Part shown: piece after piece, positions 52,223 through 64,000 of the stretch | Layout of the letters: each line of letters opens with the position of its first letter | Position numbering within the stretch: the first letter of the stretch is position 1 | Assembly: GCA_965153285.1 (NCBI GenBank) | Contig: OZ229117.1 | Origin: Podarcis tiliguerta | Lineage: Eukaryota | Strand: one strand, 5' to 3' | DNA length: 64,000 nt | Position numbers and translations under genes: made by a program | Notes under the pieces: model-generated | Databases searched by the model: none | Seen by the model: only the letters and a program-made list of their open reading frames with translations | What the model was told of the DNA's origin: nothing

Positions 52223-55200
52223 TAATTCAAATACTGCTTTAGAAGGGGGAGGGGGTGAAACCACAAAATAGCTGCATTCTGTACTAACTACAGCAGCTGA
52301 CCCATCTTCAAGGGCAGCCCCACATGTAGGGCACAGCACTAGTCTAAACAGAAGATTACAGGAGCATAAATATCTCTGGCTAGACTCTTTGTCAGGAGAG
52401 GCTGGCATACAAAGCTGGCGAAAGACAAGGTGTGCCACTGAGGTCCCTTGTGCTTCTATAGTGGCAGCAGCTAGATCAATAAGCTCCAACAATCTGCACA
52501 CACGATTACTCAAGAGGAGTGTGAACCCACCCAGAAGATCTGGAACACCATCTCCTCAAACAGCCTCTGTCTTGGTGATTCAATTAGGGCTACTAATGAC
52601 ATCAGGCAATTGACTGGTGGGTGGTCACCTTTGCCAACTGGCAAAGTTGGGCCCTGGGGGTGTGGGGAGATAATGAGCTTGCCCTTTGGGTCAAAAAGGT
52701 CCCCCTTCCCTCCCCTCTCCCGGTCAGTGCAGAACTTTTCTTTCTGCAAAAGGAGCAATTTGGGAAGAGATCTGCTACCTGATCCCTGCAGTGAAATGGA
52801 AAAAGCACCAGGGAAGGGTTGGGGGTTAGTAGGAAGGCAAGTTAATGCTGCCCATCTCCAGCTAATTCGGGGAGGGGATGCTTTTCAGCTGCATTTGTTA
52901 TGAAAGTCACTGCCAATGTTTAATGGAATGTAGGTCACAGTTAATCAGATGTTCAGTCTGTCTGACAGCTCCGAATATTCAGCAGTCATGGGAGAAAAAC
53001 GGCATAGAAAATACACAGAAGAGAACAGCTCACACGCAAAGTGACCCTCCAGGACCCCCAAGCCTGGGGGCGGAATTGGGCTGTGTCACAGTGACACCAA
53101 TCTGGGGCAGGAACTGATATTAAAGAAATGGGGGAGGGGCAGATATCTCCCCACCCCCATCCCCTACCCTGGTAAAATCCACACAGCAACTCTCACTTTT
53201 CCTGTTACTTAAATGGCTTGCTATTTTCCTACAGGTCTCCCCTACACACAACTGACAAGGAAGGCCCTCGTGGTCATTTACAGGCTAAAGAAGACTGACC
53301 ACCCCTCACTCTCATCTTTGCCCCAGTGCCAGAGCTCCTTCCTCCCACCCCACCCTTTCTTGGCCAGCTCAGGAGACTCTGACATAAGGGCCTTCCAGGA
53401 GGTGAGAGCCTTTCCTGCTGCAGCCTTCATAGAGCTGGGTGGGGTGGGGGTGGGGGAAGGGCCCCAACAGTTGTCACTACTCTTGGCCCAAAGCCCACAC
53501 AAAGAGGGTCAGTGACCTGCATTCACAACAGCCGCACAGCAGCAACTTGCCCATGAAAGAGAGCAGATTTTTAAGATATGAAGAGGGGAGTAGATGTGCA
53601 GCCCCGCCTGGAGCCATTTCTAGGTGGTATTACTGGACTCCCAACTCCCATCATTCCTGGTTATGTGATGCCATGCTGGCTGTTGGGGCTGATGGGATTT
53701 GGAGCCCAACTCCAACACCTGGCTCCCTGGCAATTTTTGTAAAAATGGATCTTTGGACATGGACTCCATTCCCCAGGGCATTCACTGGCCTTCTTTGAAA
53801 AACAGCAGCACAAAAAGCTGCAAGAATCCTAAGAATCCTAAGAGTTGGGCAAAGAGAAAGCTCTCCTGAAAGGGAAGGAGCCTTCCAAATGCAGCTGCTG
53901 TACCCGAAGGGAAGAGGAGAAAAGGGGAGGGGACAGCTGGTGGCTCACCCTGCCTTGCCCTGCCGGACAACAGCCTCAACAGCAGGCACTCTGCGCCTGG
54001 AGAAGGAGGAGGAGGAGAGAGCTGGCTTCTTGCTGCTTGCTGCTTGTGGTTCATGCAGGATCCCCAAGGAGACCTAAACAAGCCCCCCTGGCACGCTGAT
54101 GGGAACGGGCTCCTTCCCATCTCCTCCATGGCTCTGCTTGTTTCCATGGCAATACCACAAGGGAAAGTTTCCATCCCAGATGCCAAATGCCTGTGGATGA
54201 GGCACAGCCCTCCGAGGCTGACCAAATATAGACAAAACTCAAAAAGTGCTTCACTGTGCAGGGCAAGCAGGATGGACCTGAAGTCCTCCCCCCTCTCACA
54301 AAACGGCTCTCTGCACACCCTTGGGGGCCTTGCCTGCTGAGAGTTGCAGCCCCCCACCCAACTCAGAGACTACAGCCCCTGGAGCAGAAGAGCCACAGAA
54401 GAAAACTGGACAGTTCAGATCGCTGCTCCCTTATAGCCTCTCTGCCATGGGGGAAAGAGAGGCAAGAGACCAGTCACCACCACCACACAGAGGGACTCTG
54501 CAAGAAGCCTGAATGGCAACAGATGTGGGCCTCAGCTGGTGACAAGCTCAAGGGGCAGGAAACGCCAGCAGGGGAGTTTCAACTTAAGGCAGAGCCCAGG
54601 CTAGAAAACCCATGCAAATTATGTTTGCCTGGGGGTGGGGTGAGGCATGGCTGGCTGGCAGGATCTGGGCCATGCATCCTTCCCCTTCCCCCAGCACCAT
54701 GTGCTGAAGTCAGCACACACAGGAATGCCCAGTAGTGGTGCCAGGCCAGGCGGACGCTCCATCATTGCTGTTGAAAACGAACTACTGTTCCTTCTCTTAC
54801 TCCAGCCAGCCTACATGAGTCACGGGGCCAACAGACACTCCTGCTAACAAGCAGAAACTGTCATGGGAAGTGCTGTCTACTCAAAACACAGGCCCTGACA
54901 GAGTGCATCCACACGACCAAGTCCACAAGCAGATCTGCACCTAATGATCAGCTGACCCCACCATCAACGAGCACCATCAACCAACCGGAACTCCAGTCTT
55001 CCACAACCAGTACCTGCCAGATGCAGAGAGCTCTGAAGGTCCTGCCAAAGCCACCATAAGGTGTGCTAGAAGGAATGGAAGGCGGAAAACTAGCAAGTGG
55101 GGCCAGCTCCTGACCCAACATAAAGCTCTGGGCTTAATGCAGTAGCTGCATAGGAGAGAGGGTGAGGGGTGTAGACAGACATGGCTTCTCTCCTCATGGT

Positions 55201-55502
55201 ACCACAACAAGGCAGCCTGCTGGATAAGTCCACACCTTCCTGCCTCGTGTACTGGACAGAAAAATCATAGCATTATTATTATTGCTGCCTTAGTGTTATT
55301 ATCTTGAAAATGTGCACCCTGCCCTTAGTGCTAACAACAAACAGCCCTCCTGCGCCCAAGGAGTCCTCCCCACTCCTTCGTGGCTGGACAATCCTGCAGC
55401 AAGACAGCCTCTGCAGAAGCTCTGCCTCTCTGTAGGGCAGGCGGCAAAGGCAGTGAGGCAAGTTGCTCTGAAGGATGCCCCAGAGAGGCGTTGGCGACTT
55501 AC

Positions 55503-55653
55503 GTTGTTTGCAGAAGTTCTGGGTTGGGCACGCACTGTAGGCGGTGGGAGAGGAGCTGGAAGGCATTGCTCTGGGGCAGGAGCATCAGAAGCCCGTACAG
55601 AGCCTTGATGAGGTAAGGGTTGTTCTTCACGTCCAGCAGCTGCAAGCGGAGAT
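55503..55653 (-). CDS. VAC14: VAC14 exon (probably 18; [50 protein letters not shown]), 151 nt
   Basis: Acceptor ttgcttgcag, donor AC|gtaagt; phase 1 to 2. Confidence 0.97.
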
Positions 55654-56714
55654 CTGCAAGCAAAGAAGGGAAGGGTAAGCAGGGCTGTGAAAGCTGCTGA
55701 CCTTTGTCCATAGAGGGGGAGGGAGGGAGGGAGAAGCAGGGTGCACAGAACCTCTGAGTCCTTCTCTTCCATCCATCTTCTTGCCTTTTGCATGCATGCA
55801 TGCAGCTGCATCCCATCACACCATTTGTGTCTCCCTGGTGGAAAGTGGGGAGCTTTCTGCCATGGAAAGCACAGAGATGCTGCCATCCACTCAGCAAATA
55901 GACCCAGAAATAGGAGAGGGATACTGAAATGGCAATGAATCTCGGAGGGTCGGGGGGGTGGGAGTCACAGTGGGACTGCCTTTGTGCAAGAAGGAGTGTT
56001 GTGTGCATGCATGCCTCTTTGGCAGCATAGGCAAAGGGATTTGAGGAGTTTAACACCTGCTCTATGGGGTATCATAGGAACAGGAAAGCCAGCTGATGGA
56101 GAAACGTTTGCCATTGAAGCAGCAGGTTCAGGAGACAGTGTGAGGCCCGGGCAGGGATGTGAGCCCAAGGGCTGACTCAGAAGGTCACATGACAGCCTGA
56201 TCAATGGCTCAATAGTCTGCATGGGAACAAACTTCTTGGCTTCCTTTCCCCACATCAACTGGCTCTGTTACCTTGGGACTACCAAGCCGAGTTCTGGTCA
56301 ACAGGAAAAACAACCAAGTGCTATCTTGCCAGAAAGGGGGGAAGGGGACATTAAAGTTCTGAGTAGTAGAGCTCACAGAGGATGTTGACAAAGGAGGAGG
56401 AGATCAGAGGAGAGGCTTGAAAGCTCGAGAAGGCAACACAGTCAAGGACAGGCTGGACATATGTTTAGGTTGAGCCACCTGAAAGGCTCACCTCACAGTA
56501 GCCAAGTGTATCCATAGCAAAAAAAAAGTCACAGGGTGTGAAGGGTTTAAAGGACATGGAGGTGGTTGTTCTAGCAGGACAATGCAAGGGCCTTTTGAGC
56601 TGCCAAGGGAAACTGTGGTGTCACCTTCCTTGAAGGCAGCTGGAGGGTGAAAGCGGACAGGGAGATCTTTTTCTTCCTCTCCCAATACTAGAACTGATCC
56701 AATGAGGCTGATCC

Positions 56715-57065
56715 AATGAGGGAGATTCAGGAGAGGCAAAGAAAAGTTCCTCTTCACCAAGTCTACAGTTAAACTATGGAATCTGCTTCGCATGATGTTG
56801 TGATGGCCACCAACTTGGATGGCTTTAAAAGATTAGACAAATTCACAGAGGAGGATAGGGCCATCAATGGCCTCGAGCCACAATGGCTGCTTACTAGCCC
56901 CAGAATCAGAAGCAGCCTGATTTTGAAAACCGGTTGCTGGGAATCACATGGAAAGAGTGCAGCTGTGGACTTTCCACTGAAGCAACGTGATGGCTGCTGT
57001 GAAAACAGAATGCTGGACTAGTTGGGCCTCCTTTGGCCTGATCCAGCTGCAGAGCTCTTCTTATG
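56715..57065 (+). mobile_element. CR1 3' end
   Basis: ggagattcagg..aaagaaaagttcctcttcac..gatgttgtgatggccaccaacttggatggctttaaaag..gctcttcttatg. Confidence 0.8.
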
Positions 57066-57674
57066 AGGGGCAGCAGGCAGGAGAGACTTTATTTGGAAAA
57101 GGGGACCTTGGTGTAGGCCAGGGTGCTGCTCCAGATTGCCTTGCAGGTCCCCTCCAAAGTGAGATAGTTGCCTTGCAACAGCCCAGTTGGGCAGGCATGG
57201 CTGGGAGACAGCAGTGCCCCACCCCAGTGAAGATCCCAGCAATTCAAAAGAACGAAGGGGGGGGGGGCTTCTGCATGGAACAGAAGCTCCTTGCAACCAT
57301 CACCACAAGTGGCTCCTGTGTTGACATCCACTACACTAGTGGCTACTGCAGCTGCATGGAAAGGAAGACTCTGGAGGGCATGGTACAAGGTCAAACGGTT
57401 CAGCAGGAGTGGGAGAAATTGTTGTTTCTGCTGCTGAGGCTCTCTCTTCTGTAGCAACAGGTAGCTCAGAAGCACATTCCAAAGTGGAACTTGCCACCTG
57501 GGTTTCCACACCCACCCTCCAATGCAAAGGTCAGAGCCTGGACTCAAAAAGGGTCTTTTTTTGTGGGGGACTGTAGGCCACCTAGTAGCCCAACCCCTTG
57601 CCTGCTCAATGCAGGAGATTGAGAGCTGGAGCCTCCAGCCCCAGCAGATCAAAGAGGGATTTGTCCAGCCTCTG

Positions 57675-57890
57675 AGAACATAAGAAGAGGCTGTTGGATC
57701 AGGGAAACAATCTGTCTAGTTCAGCATCCTGTTCTCACCATGGCCACCCAGATGCCTATAGGAAAACTGCAAGCAGGACCTGAGCACAAGAGCACTCTCC
57801 TCTCCTGTGGTTCCCAGCAAACCAATATTCAGAAGCATGACAGCCTCCAGCTGTGGAAGGCAGAGCGTGGCCATCGTGGCTAGTAGCCTT
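57675..57890 (-). mobile_element. CR1 3' UTR, antisense to the 56715 copy
   Basis: Begins agaacataagaagaggctgttggatcag, the reverse complement of the CR1 tail. Confidence 0.75.
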
Positions 57891-58507
57891 TGCTTGAAGG
57901 AAGACAGCTAAGGAGGGCCTCCACCCCACCCTGCAATCGCCTTGTCCAACAGCTCTTCCCAGCAAGCCTCTTAATGTTCAGCTAACAGCTACCCACCTAT
58001 TACTTAAGCCCATGTGAACAAGTCTCTGTCCTCTCTGGGGCAGCAGCAGCAGCAGCGAAGAAGGCTCTTCACTTCTTTTATGCAGGGGGCCCTCAGGGAC
58101 TTGAAGTATGTTATCCTTTTCTTCTCCAGAGCAGACCCACTCAGTTCCTCCCACCTTCCCCCCTGGGGCTGGTTTTTCATCCCCTGTTTCCCTTGGTCTC
58201 CCCTGAGCAAATGCAGTTTGTGTCCCTAACCTACATTCTGCTTCCTACCCACTGCAATGCTGCTGCTGCTTTTGGATGGCCCTAATGGGCACATGAGCCA
58301 GAAGGTCTCACAGCAAAGAGGCTCATAACTTCTGCTCTATTTATTTGGGCCACGTCGCCAGTTGCAATGAGGGAGTGGGGGAGGAGAGGGGCCTCGGGTA
58401 CGTGTGTCAATGCTAATGCACCACAAAGTGCAAAGCCCCCCAAACCCTCCTGCCAACGCGAGCGAACACACACACACACACTTCGGCGAGAGTGAAAGAG
58501 AGCTTAC

Positions 58508-58587
58508 ATGTAAAAATCGGACACTCGATCAACTGGACCAGCTTGTCAACCTCAATCAGGAAATCCACTGTGACCTCCAGGTCACCA
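58508..58587 (-). CDS. VAC14: VAC14 exon (probably 17; [27 protein letters not shown]), 80 nt
   Basis: Acceptor gtgctcag, donor T|gtaagc; phase 2 to 1. Confidence 0.96.
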
Positions 58588-60373
58588 CTGAGCACGGCTG
58601 TTAAGGAGCCTAATCTGCCCATGCTGGCAGGGGCTGATGGGATTTGTAGTCCAAAACATCTGGAAGGCACTAGGCACTAGGGTGAGGGGTGGGCAGAAGC
58701 CACACAGCCTATCACCACGCTGCTCTACAAAGCCAAAGACCAGAGAAAGGATGAACAAGCTTCTTCTCTTAAGCTCCTGGCTTTGAAGATAGCATGATGA
58801 AGGTGCTTGCAAAACACCACTGCCTTTTGATGGGGCTCATACAGAGACACAGAGAGGCCTTCCTGGAAGAACCCCCCCACTCTTGCCTACCCGCAGGCCA
58901 CTTTTCCAATGCTAAGCACAAAATGTGGATTATTCTGCCAGATCTGACTGTTCCCGCCTTCTCAACATGGAAACATGAGCTAAAAACAGAGAAGCTGTTT
59001 AATCCTCATTGTTGGAAAAAAAATCCTGGGAACGGACAGTTTCTGCTACGCAGGCCCATGTTCAAAATTTTTGTGGCAGAAGCAGGTCAGTGGTAACAGC
59101 AAAAATCTAAATGTACACAGTCTAGTGTAGCCTTCGCCAACCTGGTGCTGTCTGGGGAGCTGATGGGAGTTGCAGTCCAAAATGTCTGGAGTGTCCTAGG
59201 CTGCTCTAGCAGATTAAAAGTTACTGGTGGTGATAAACTTAGTAAGATTAAAATTATTGTAATTTTAATAGACTCCAAGTGCTCTCTAAAAGAGAATCTG
59301 AACTTGTGTGTACCTAAGAGATTGGTCATGCACATACAGCCTATAGTACTCTGTTTATGCCCAATAATATAATTTTTAGAAGTCTGAAGATGAGTTCACC
59401 ATGGATTTTAAAACATAGTTCAAAGCACGTAGGAGAGACTTCAGACAAAAAGAAGCGCCATGTAACGGGGCCCGGCGGTTTGCACCTCCAGCACCCCCCA
59501 GCAGCATTAGGTATGAAACTGGCCTTAGCTGAGAACTGTGTGAATGCTACAAATAGGCTCTTCTCAAACCTCCCCTTTTCCTGGAAGTCCTAACCAGCAA
59601 GTTGTGCCATGTGCTCAGTGGTCAATGCTCTGCATGGCTGGGAGCTTTAGGTTTCTCTCTGTGTTACTGCAATCTATTGTAAGCTGCTTTGAGGATCAAA
59701 CCAAGGCAGGATATAAATCTCCAAAATAATATCCTACTGCAGCTAAGCCAAAGGATGTGTAATTGAAACGATGCTCTGCTGTCTCTTCTGCCCCCATTCG
59801 CCCTCTGCTTTCCTCTGTTTCTGCACTATGCCCATTTTAAGATGACCAAGCGGATCTCACATAATTTAGTGCAATGTTTCTCAAACTGGGGTCCCCAGCT
59901 GTTGTTGGACTACAACTCCCATCACCCCCAGCTAGCAGGACCAGTGGTCAGGGATGATGGGAGTTGCAGTCCAACAACAGCTGAGGACTCCAGTTTGAGA
60001 AACATTGCACTGAATTATGTGAGATCTATCTGGTGAGGGAGAGAGGCAGGGAGCACATCCAGTCCTGTACATCATCCACCATCTCCCAAAATCCTTACGA
60101 CTTTTGAGCTCTTTTATCTGAGAGACTTTTCCAGCCATAGGAGCCGTTCTGGTCTCTGCTGCTATCATGATGTGCAATGGTGAATGTCAGAAAATGAAGA
60201 TGCCTTCCGCAATGTAAAGGACCTTGGGGCTGACCACTTCTAATTGGCAGCCCGAGTTTACTGTCGTATTTTATGGGCCAAGAGGCAGCAGCTTCCGAGG
60301 CCTGCTTAGACTCTACAGTGCAGACAGCCGCCGTCTCATGTACCTTCCCTCCCTCCCCATGCTAGAAGGATAC
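58588..60373 (-). other. VAC14: U12-type (minor spliceosome) GT-AG intron of VAC14
   Basis: 5' splice site GTATCCTT; branch consensus TCCTTAAC at 58600-58607, ending 12 nt before the 3' splice site; no pyrimidine tract. Confidence 0.93.
59872..60007. mobile_element. Palindromic MITE inside the VAC14 U12 intron
   Basis: TIR caatgtttctcaaactgg / ccagtttgagaaacattg with the same internal arms. Confidence 0.85.
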
Positions 60374-60492
60374 AACTTCTGGATGAGGTCATAGGCATGC
60401 TTGTAGTTCTGAGTGAGGAAGCAGAGGGAGACGGTGGTCACTGGGTTGTGGCACCAGGAACGGTACAGGCAGCAGAACAGGTTGCGGCTCTC
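60374..60492 (-). CDS. VAC14: VAC14 exon (probably 16; [39 protein letters not shown]), 119 nt
   Basis: Acceptor ctccccag; ends TT|gtatccttc, a U12-type donor. Confidence 0.96.
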
Positions 60493-61074
60493 CTGGGGAG
60501 ACAAAAAAGTAAGAGGAGTTGACTTGCACCTCCACACACCACTCCCAAGTCCGCTCTTGGGAACCAAAGGCAACTCCAGCAAAACAGAGGCCCCAAAACT
60601 AGGTAGCAGGGTGGGAAGAGGGGTCACTTCCTGCAACAATGCAGAGCCAGATGTCCTGGTGGCAGGGCTTCAGCACTGCCAAGCACAGTAGGACCACCAT
60701 GTGTGCCACTTATGGTAGATGGCGACACAAGCACATGATCCGGCATTCACAGCCTGCCCCCGCCCCGGGGGGCTTTGTTAAATTTATGTTTTCTGTCCTG
60801 CTGGTAGCAGAAAACAGCTGAAAATTGCATATGGCCAGCTGATGCCAGGAAGGCAAGGAAGGGGAAAAGTGGATGTTCTTCTCATGTTCTGATTTCACTC
60901 CTGTGAGAGGCAGTGGCGACAACCAACCTGGACAGCTTTAAAAAACAGGGTGGGTGGGTGTGTTGATGGCCGCCTGAGCTCCAGCATGCAGTGCCCAAGT
61001 CACTTCAAGGGTGGATGGAGAAAGAGGCTGCACAGACCAGCAGTCACAGACACATCTTCTCAGGTGCAACATAC

Positions 61075-61249
61075 CGCCGTCTTCAGATCCTTGAGTTGGT
61101 TCCTCAGCTGGAAGAGCTCAGAAGAAGTCAGGAGGATGGTGTTGAGGGTGTGGACCATCGTCGAGGCAAACTTGAGGTCTTCCTCCCGCAGCAGGATGTC
61201 AGCCATCGAGTGAAAGATGTTCTCAGCATTCAGGAGCAGACAGAGTTGC
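61075..61249 (-). CDS. VAC14: VAC14 coding exon (probably exon 15; [27 protein letters not shown]...QLKDLKTA), 175 nt
   Basis: Acceptor atgcag, donor GCG|gtatg; translation matches the VAC14 C-terminal FIG4-binding region. Confidence 0.96.
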
Positions 61250-64000
61250 CTGCATGGGACCAAAAAAATGGAGATTAGGTACTGACCAACAAAGGGGGTT
61301 GCTGTGAATCTGGGGTCGGTGGGGGGGTGGGATACCACCACAACCACAATCCCCAAATATCAAAGAGAATAATCTTGGGCGAGAATGTGGGATGCAAAAA
61401 GTGCCTGGCCCCGTCCTCTGCAGCAAGCCTTTACAAAGGTGTTCTCCTTCCTATCAGCATTGTCACCCAGTAGGCCAAGACTGAACTTGCCCCTTAGGGA
61501 AGAAGCTCCATCGCTCCTTCTAACAGCGAACTCAGCTGGTGAGTGCCAACGGGGTTTTAGCAAACAGGGTCACTGAGGAACAAAGGAGGAATTAAAATGC
61601 TCTGGGGAATACCCCTAGGTCTTGCAAAGGTATAGCACATATTCTGAAGGAAAAACACTTAGGGCAGAAGAGAGAGAACAACCCCCAACAGCCCAATGAT
61701 GTAAGCCCACTCAGAGGCCATGGAATACTAGGTTGCCTGTTGGAAAGGGGAAACCAGAATGGAAGAGAGAAAAAAGGAGTATCCTAGGAGAGCAGTGCTC
61801 CATATTGCAGCTTTTTTATTACAGGCCCCATTCACACACACACATAGCAGCAGCAGCAACAGCTGCCTCACCTAGTTTCTCTTCCTTCCAACTCGCTCTC
61901 TGGGACACATCAGGCAGCGCCCCCACCCTCACCCCAGACCAATCTGTTCTGGATTAACACAAGCAATTTCAAGCTTTCCAGACAGAGTGGAGGGCTGAGG
62001 TCAAACCCCTGTTCTTTCACAAATGACCTTGAGTTCAAAGCAAGTGTAAGGTAGGAAAATGCAAACAAACAAACAAACAAATCTTGCATGTGGCATTATC
62101 TTCATCCTTCGTTTCCCTTCTATCAGTTTTTTTTTTATTTGAATAAATATTTATTCCCCACGATTCCAGTAAAGGCTCCCTGTGGTGGCAGTAATGATAT
62201 ATCTGGAAGGTGTGCTAGGTGATTGCAAAGTTATTTGTGCAGGGAGGGAGATGCCCCCACTTTCACAGTAGAAAGCCAGGAGAGGTTCACCTGTGTTGCA
62301 CCCTGTCTCCAATTCCCAAAGATGTGCTGCAAGTCTGGTGGTTCTGCTCATTTACCAAAATATCTGCTCAGAGTCCACCCAGTCCCAGCCTTGCTGACCT
62401 TTTCTGGAGCTTTTTCACAGGGACTCACCGAGTCGCAGCAGGAATGCTCTGCTTAACCTCTCCAGGAACCCCCAAGGTCTTCTGCATTGGAAACCGAGCG
62501 CCAGATTTCCCTCCGTGTTTGTTTTGATTCTATGGGCTCCCTCTTTCTCCCTGCCAAGCCTGCGGTGGTGGCACTGTAGGGTTTGCCTGAGGACGCCTGA
62601 CACAAAGCCCAGTGCTAATGCCGCTACCGCTGCTGCCTCCTTTAACAAGCTTGGCTTCACAGCTCTGTGCATTCAAAGGACATGGGAAACGGCAACCCGA
62701 GTTACCCCAGGCGAGGGAGACTTGATCAATTTTCTCTTTCAGCCCTTCTAAAGGCTCTGAGCTCTGGTTTTGATCTATTTCCAGCACAGAATAATAATTC
62801 ATTTCAAGGCCTCTGCTCAAGTCCAAGAATAGTCATTCAATCAGTCCCAAACAGAAACTCTGGAGAAATCACCCCCACCCCGCTCCCCTAGTGCATTGAC
62901 ACTCATTAAGATTTTCTTGTCAAAGACCATTTAAATTGCAGAGACATGCTTTGAAAAAGTAGGCCTCCAACTTTGGGATACGGCTCCAGAGAGTTGGGAA
63001 GGGAGCCAACTCAAGGGGGCTTTGCCTCTCCAAGCTCATCGCTAAGCAAGGCTTCGCCCCCTCCCAGGCCCCCATCGCCATCAGAGGGTTCCACTCCACT
63101 AGCAGCAGCTTGCAAGAGTCTTGTTGTCAGCTGCTTCCTTGGGAGGCAGGGGCGGGATTCTCAGAATCAGCACCCAATGGGCTCTTATTGCAGGAACAGC
63201 TTCAAGTCTGAAAAAGGGTGATTCAGCAAGAGATTGTAGAACCAAGGTTTGCATATGCAGCTCCTTTTAATCTCTCTCAGAGAGACTTAAAGAGAAATGG
63301 TGTTGATGGGGCTCCGAGTCCTATCGAGACCAACACCCAGCAAACATGATTAGGGCATGCTCTTGAGATTGGGGAAACTATTCCCTAGGAAACGAAGATA
63401 CGGTATTTGCTCAGATGTTTAAGTCACCCGAAGCTGCAGCATTCTGCTTGTGCCGCAGTGGCAAGTGTGCACAGGCCACAGTTCAGTGGAACAATCCAAA
63501 ACAAGATACATGGCTCAAGTATGTGCCTCCTACCTCCCATCAAAGGGATGGAATGCATAAGCTGGCCCCAGTCAGAGCTGGACTGAGCATGAAGCACAAA
63601 AACCTTACCCAGCATTATCAGGGATGACCATGCGTTCTGGAATGGAGAGGCAATTCTTACCTGAACTCCATTTTATTATATATTTCTCAGCTCATTTTTC
63701 AGATAAAGATGGTTCTCTGAAAACACAGACTGTGCTCTCAGGCTTACAAACTAAAAACACAGGGCACCTGAGTGTGGGTGGAGGGAAAAGCATGAGAAAG
63801 ACCAGACTGATACTGGCCAGAACTAAGTGGTGAGTTGTAAGCCGGACCAGGCTGACCTTCCTTGCTGGTGGTGCCCTCCTCATCCTGTGCCCACCCGCTC
63901 ATGGCTGCTATTCCTCTGGCCAGTTCAGAGGCCAGCCTCCTTTCTTCTCATGTTCACTAGGCAATTCCATTAGCAACTGTGAAGTCAAAAACAGCATTGC

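Noticed and set aside
61250-64000. Next upstream canonical VAC14 exon
   Set aside because: No matching translation found by eye; probably lies beyond the right edge.

Overview
Vertebrate genomic DNA, most likely a lacertid lizard (inferred from a lacertid-type Sauria SINE plus squamate CR1, L2, BovB and hAT-MITE content). Two spliced genes lie in tandem on the minus strand. VAC14: the last five coding exons (61249 to stop at 47044), one U12-type intron, and a 3' UTR with two poly(A)-signal pairs. MTSS2 (MTSS1L/ABBA, I-BAR protein): CpG-island promoter about 1 kb further on, then coding exons 1-8 including a 9-nt microexon, running off the left edge. All exon boundaries were read by hand and phases join cleanly. 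The rest is intron with many transposon fragments; nearly all six-frame ORFs are spurious. I found no clearly novel multi-gene system. Best leads: candidate alternative first exons for both genes, a strong-Kozak uORF, a MITE palindrome extended into its flanks inside the U12 intron, and a compositionally odd 150-bp patch. Repeat family names and human comparisons are from memory, not from searches.
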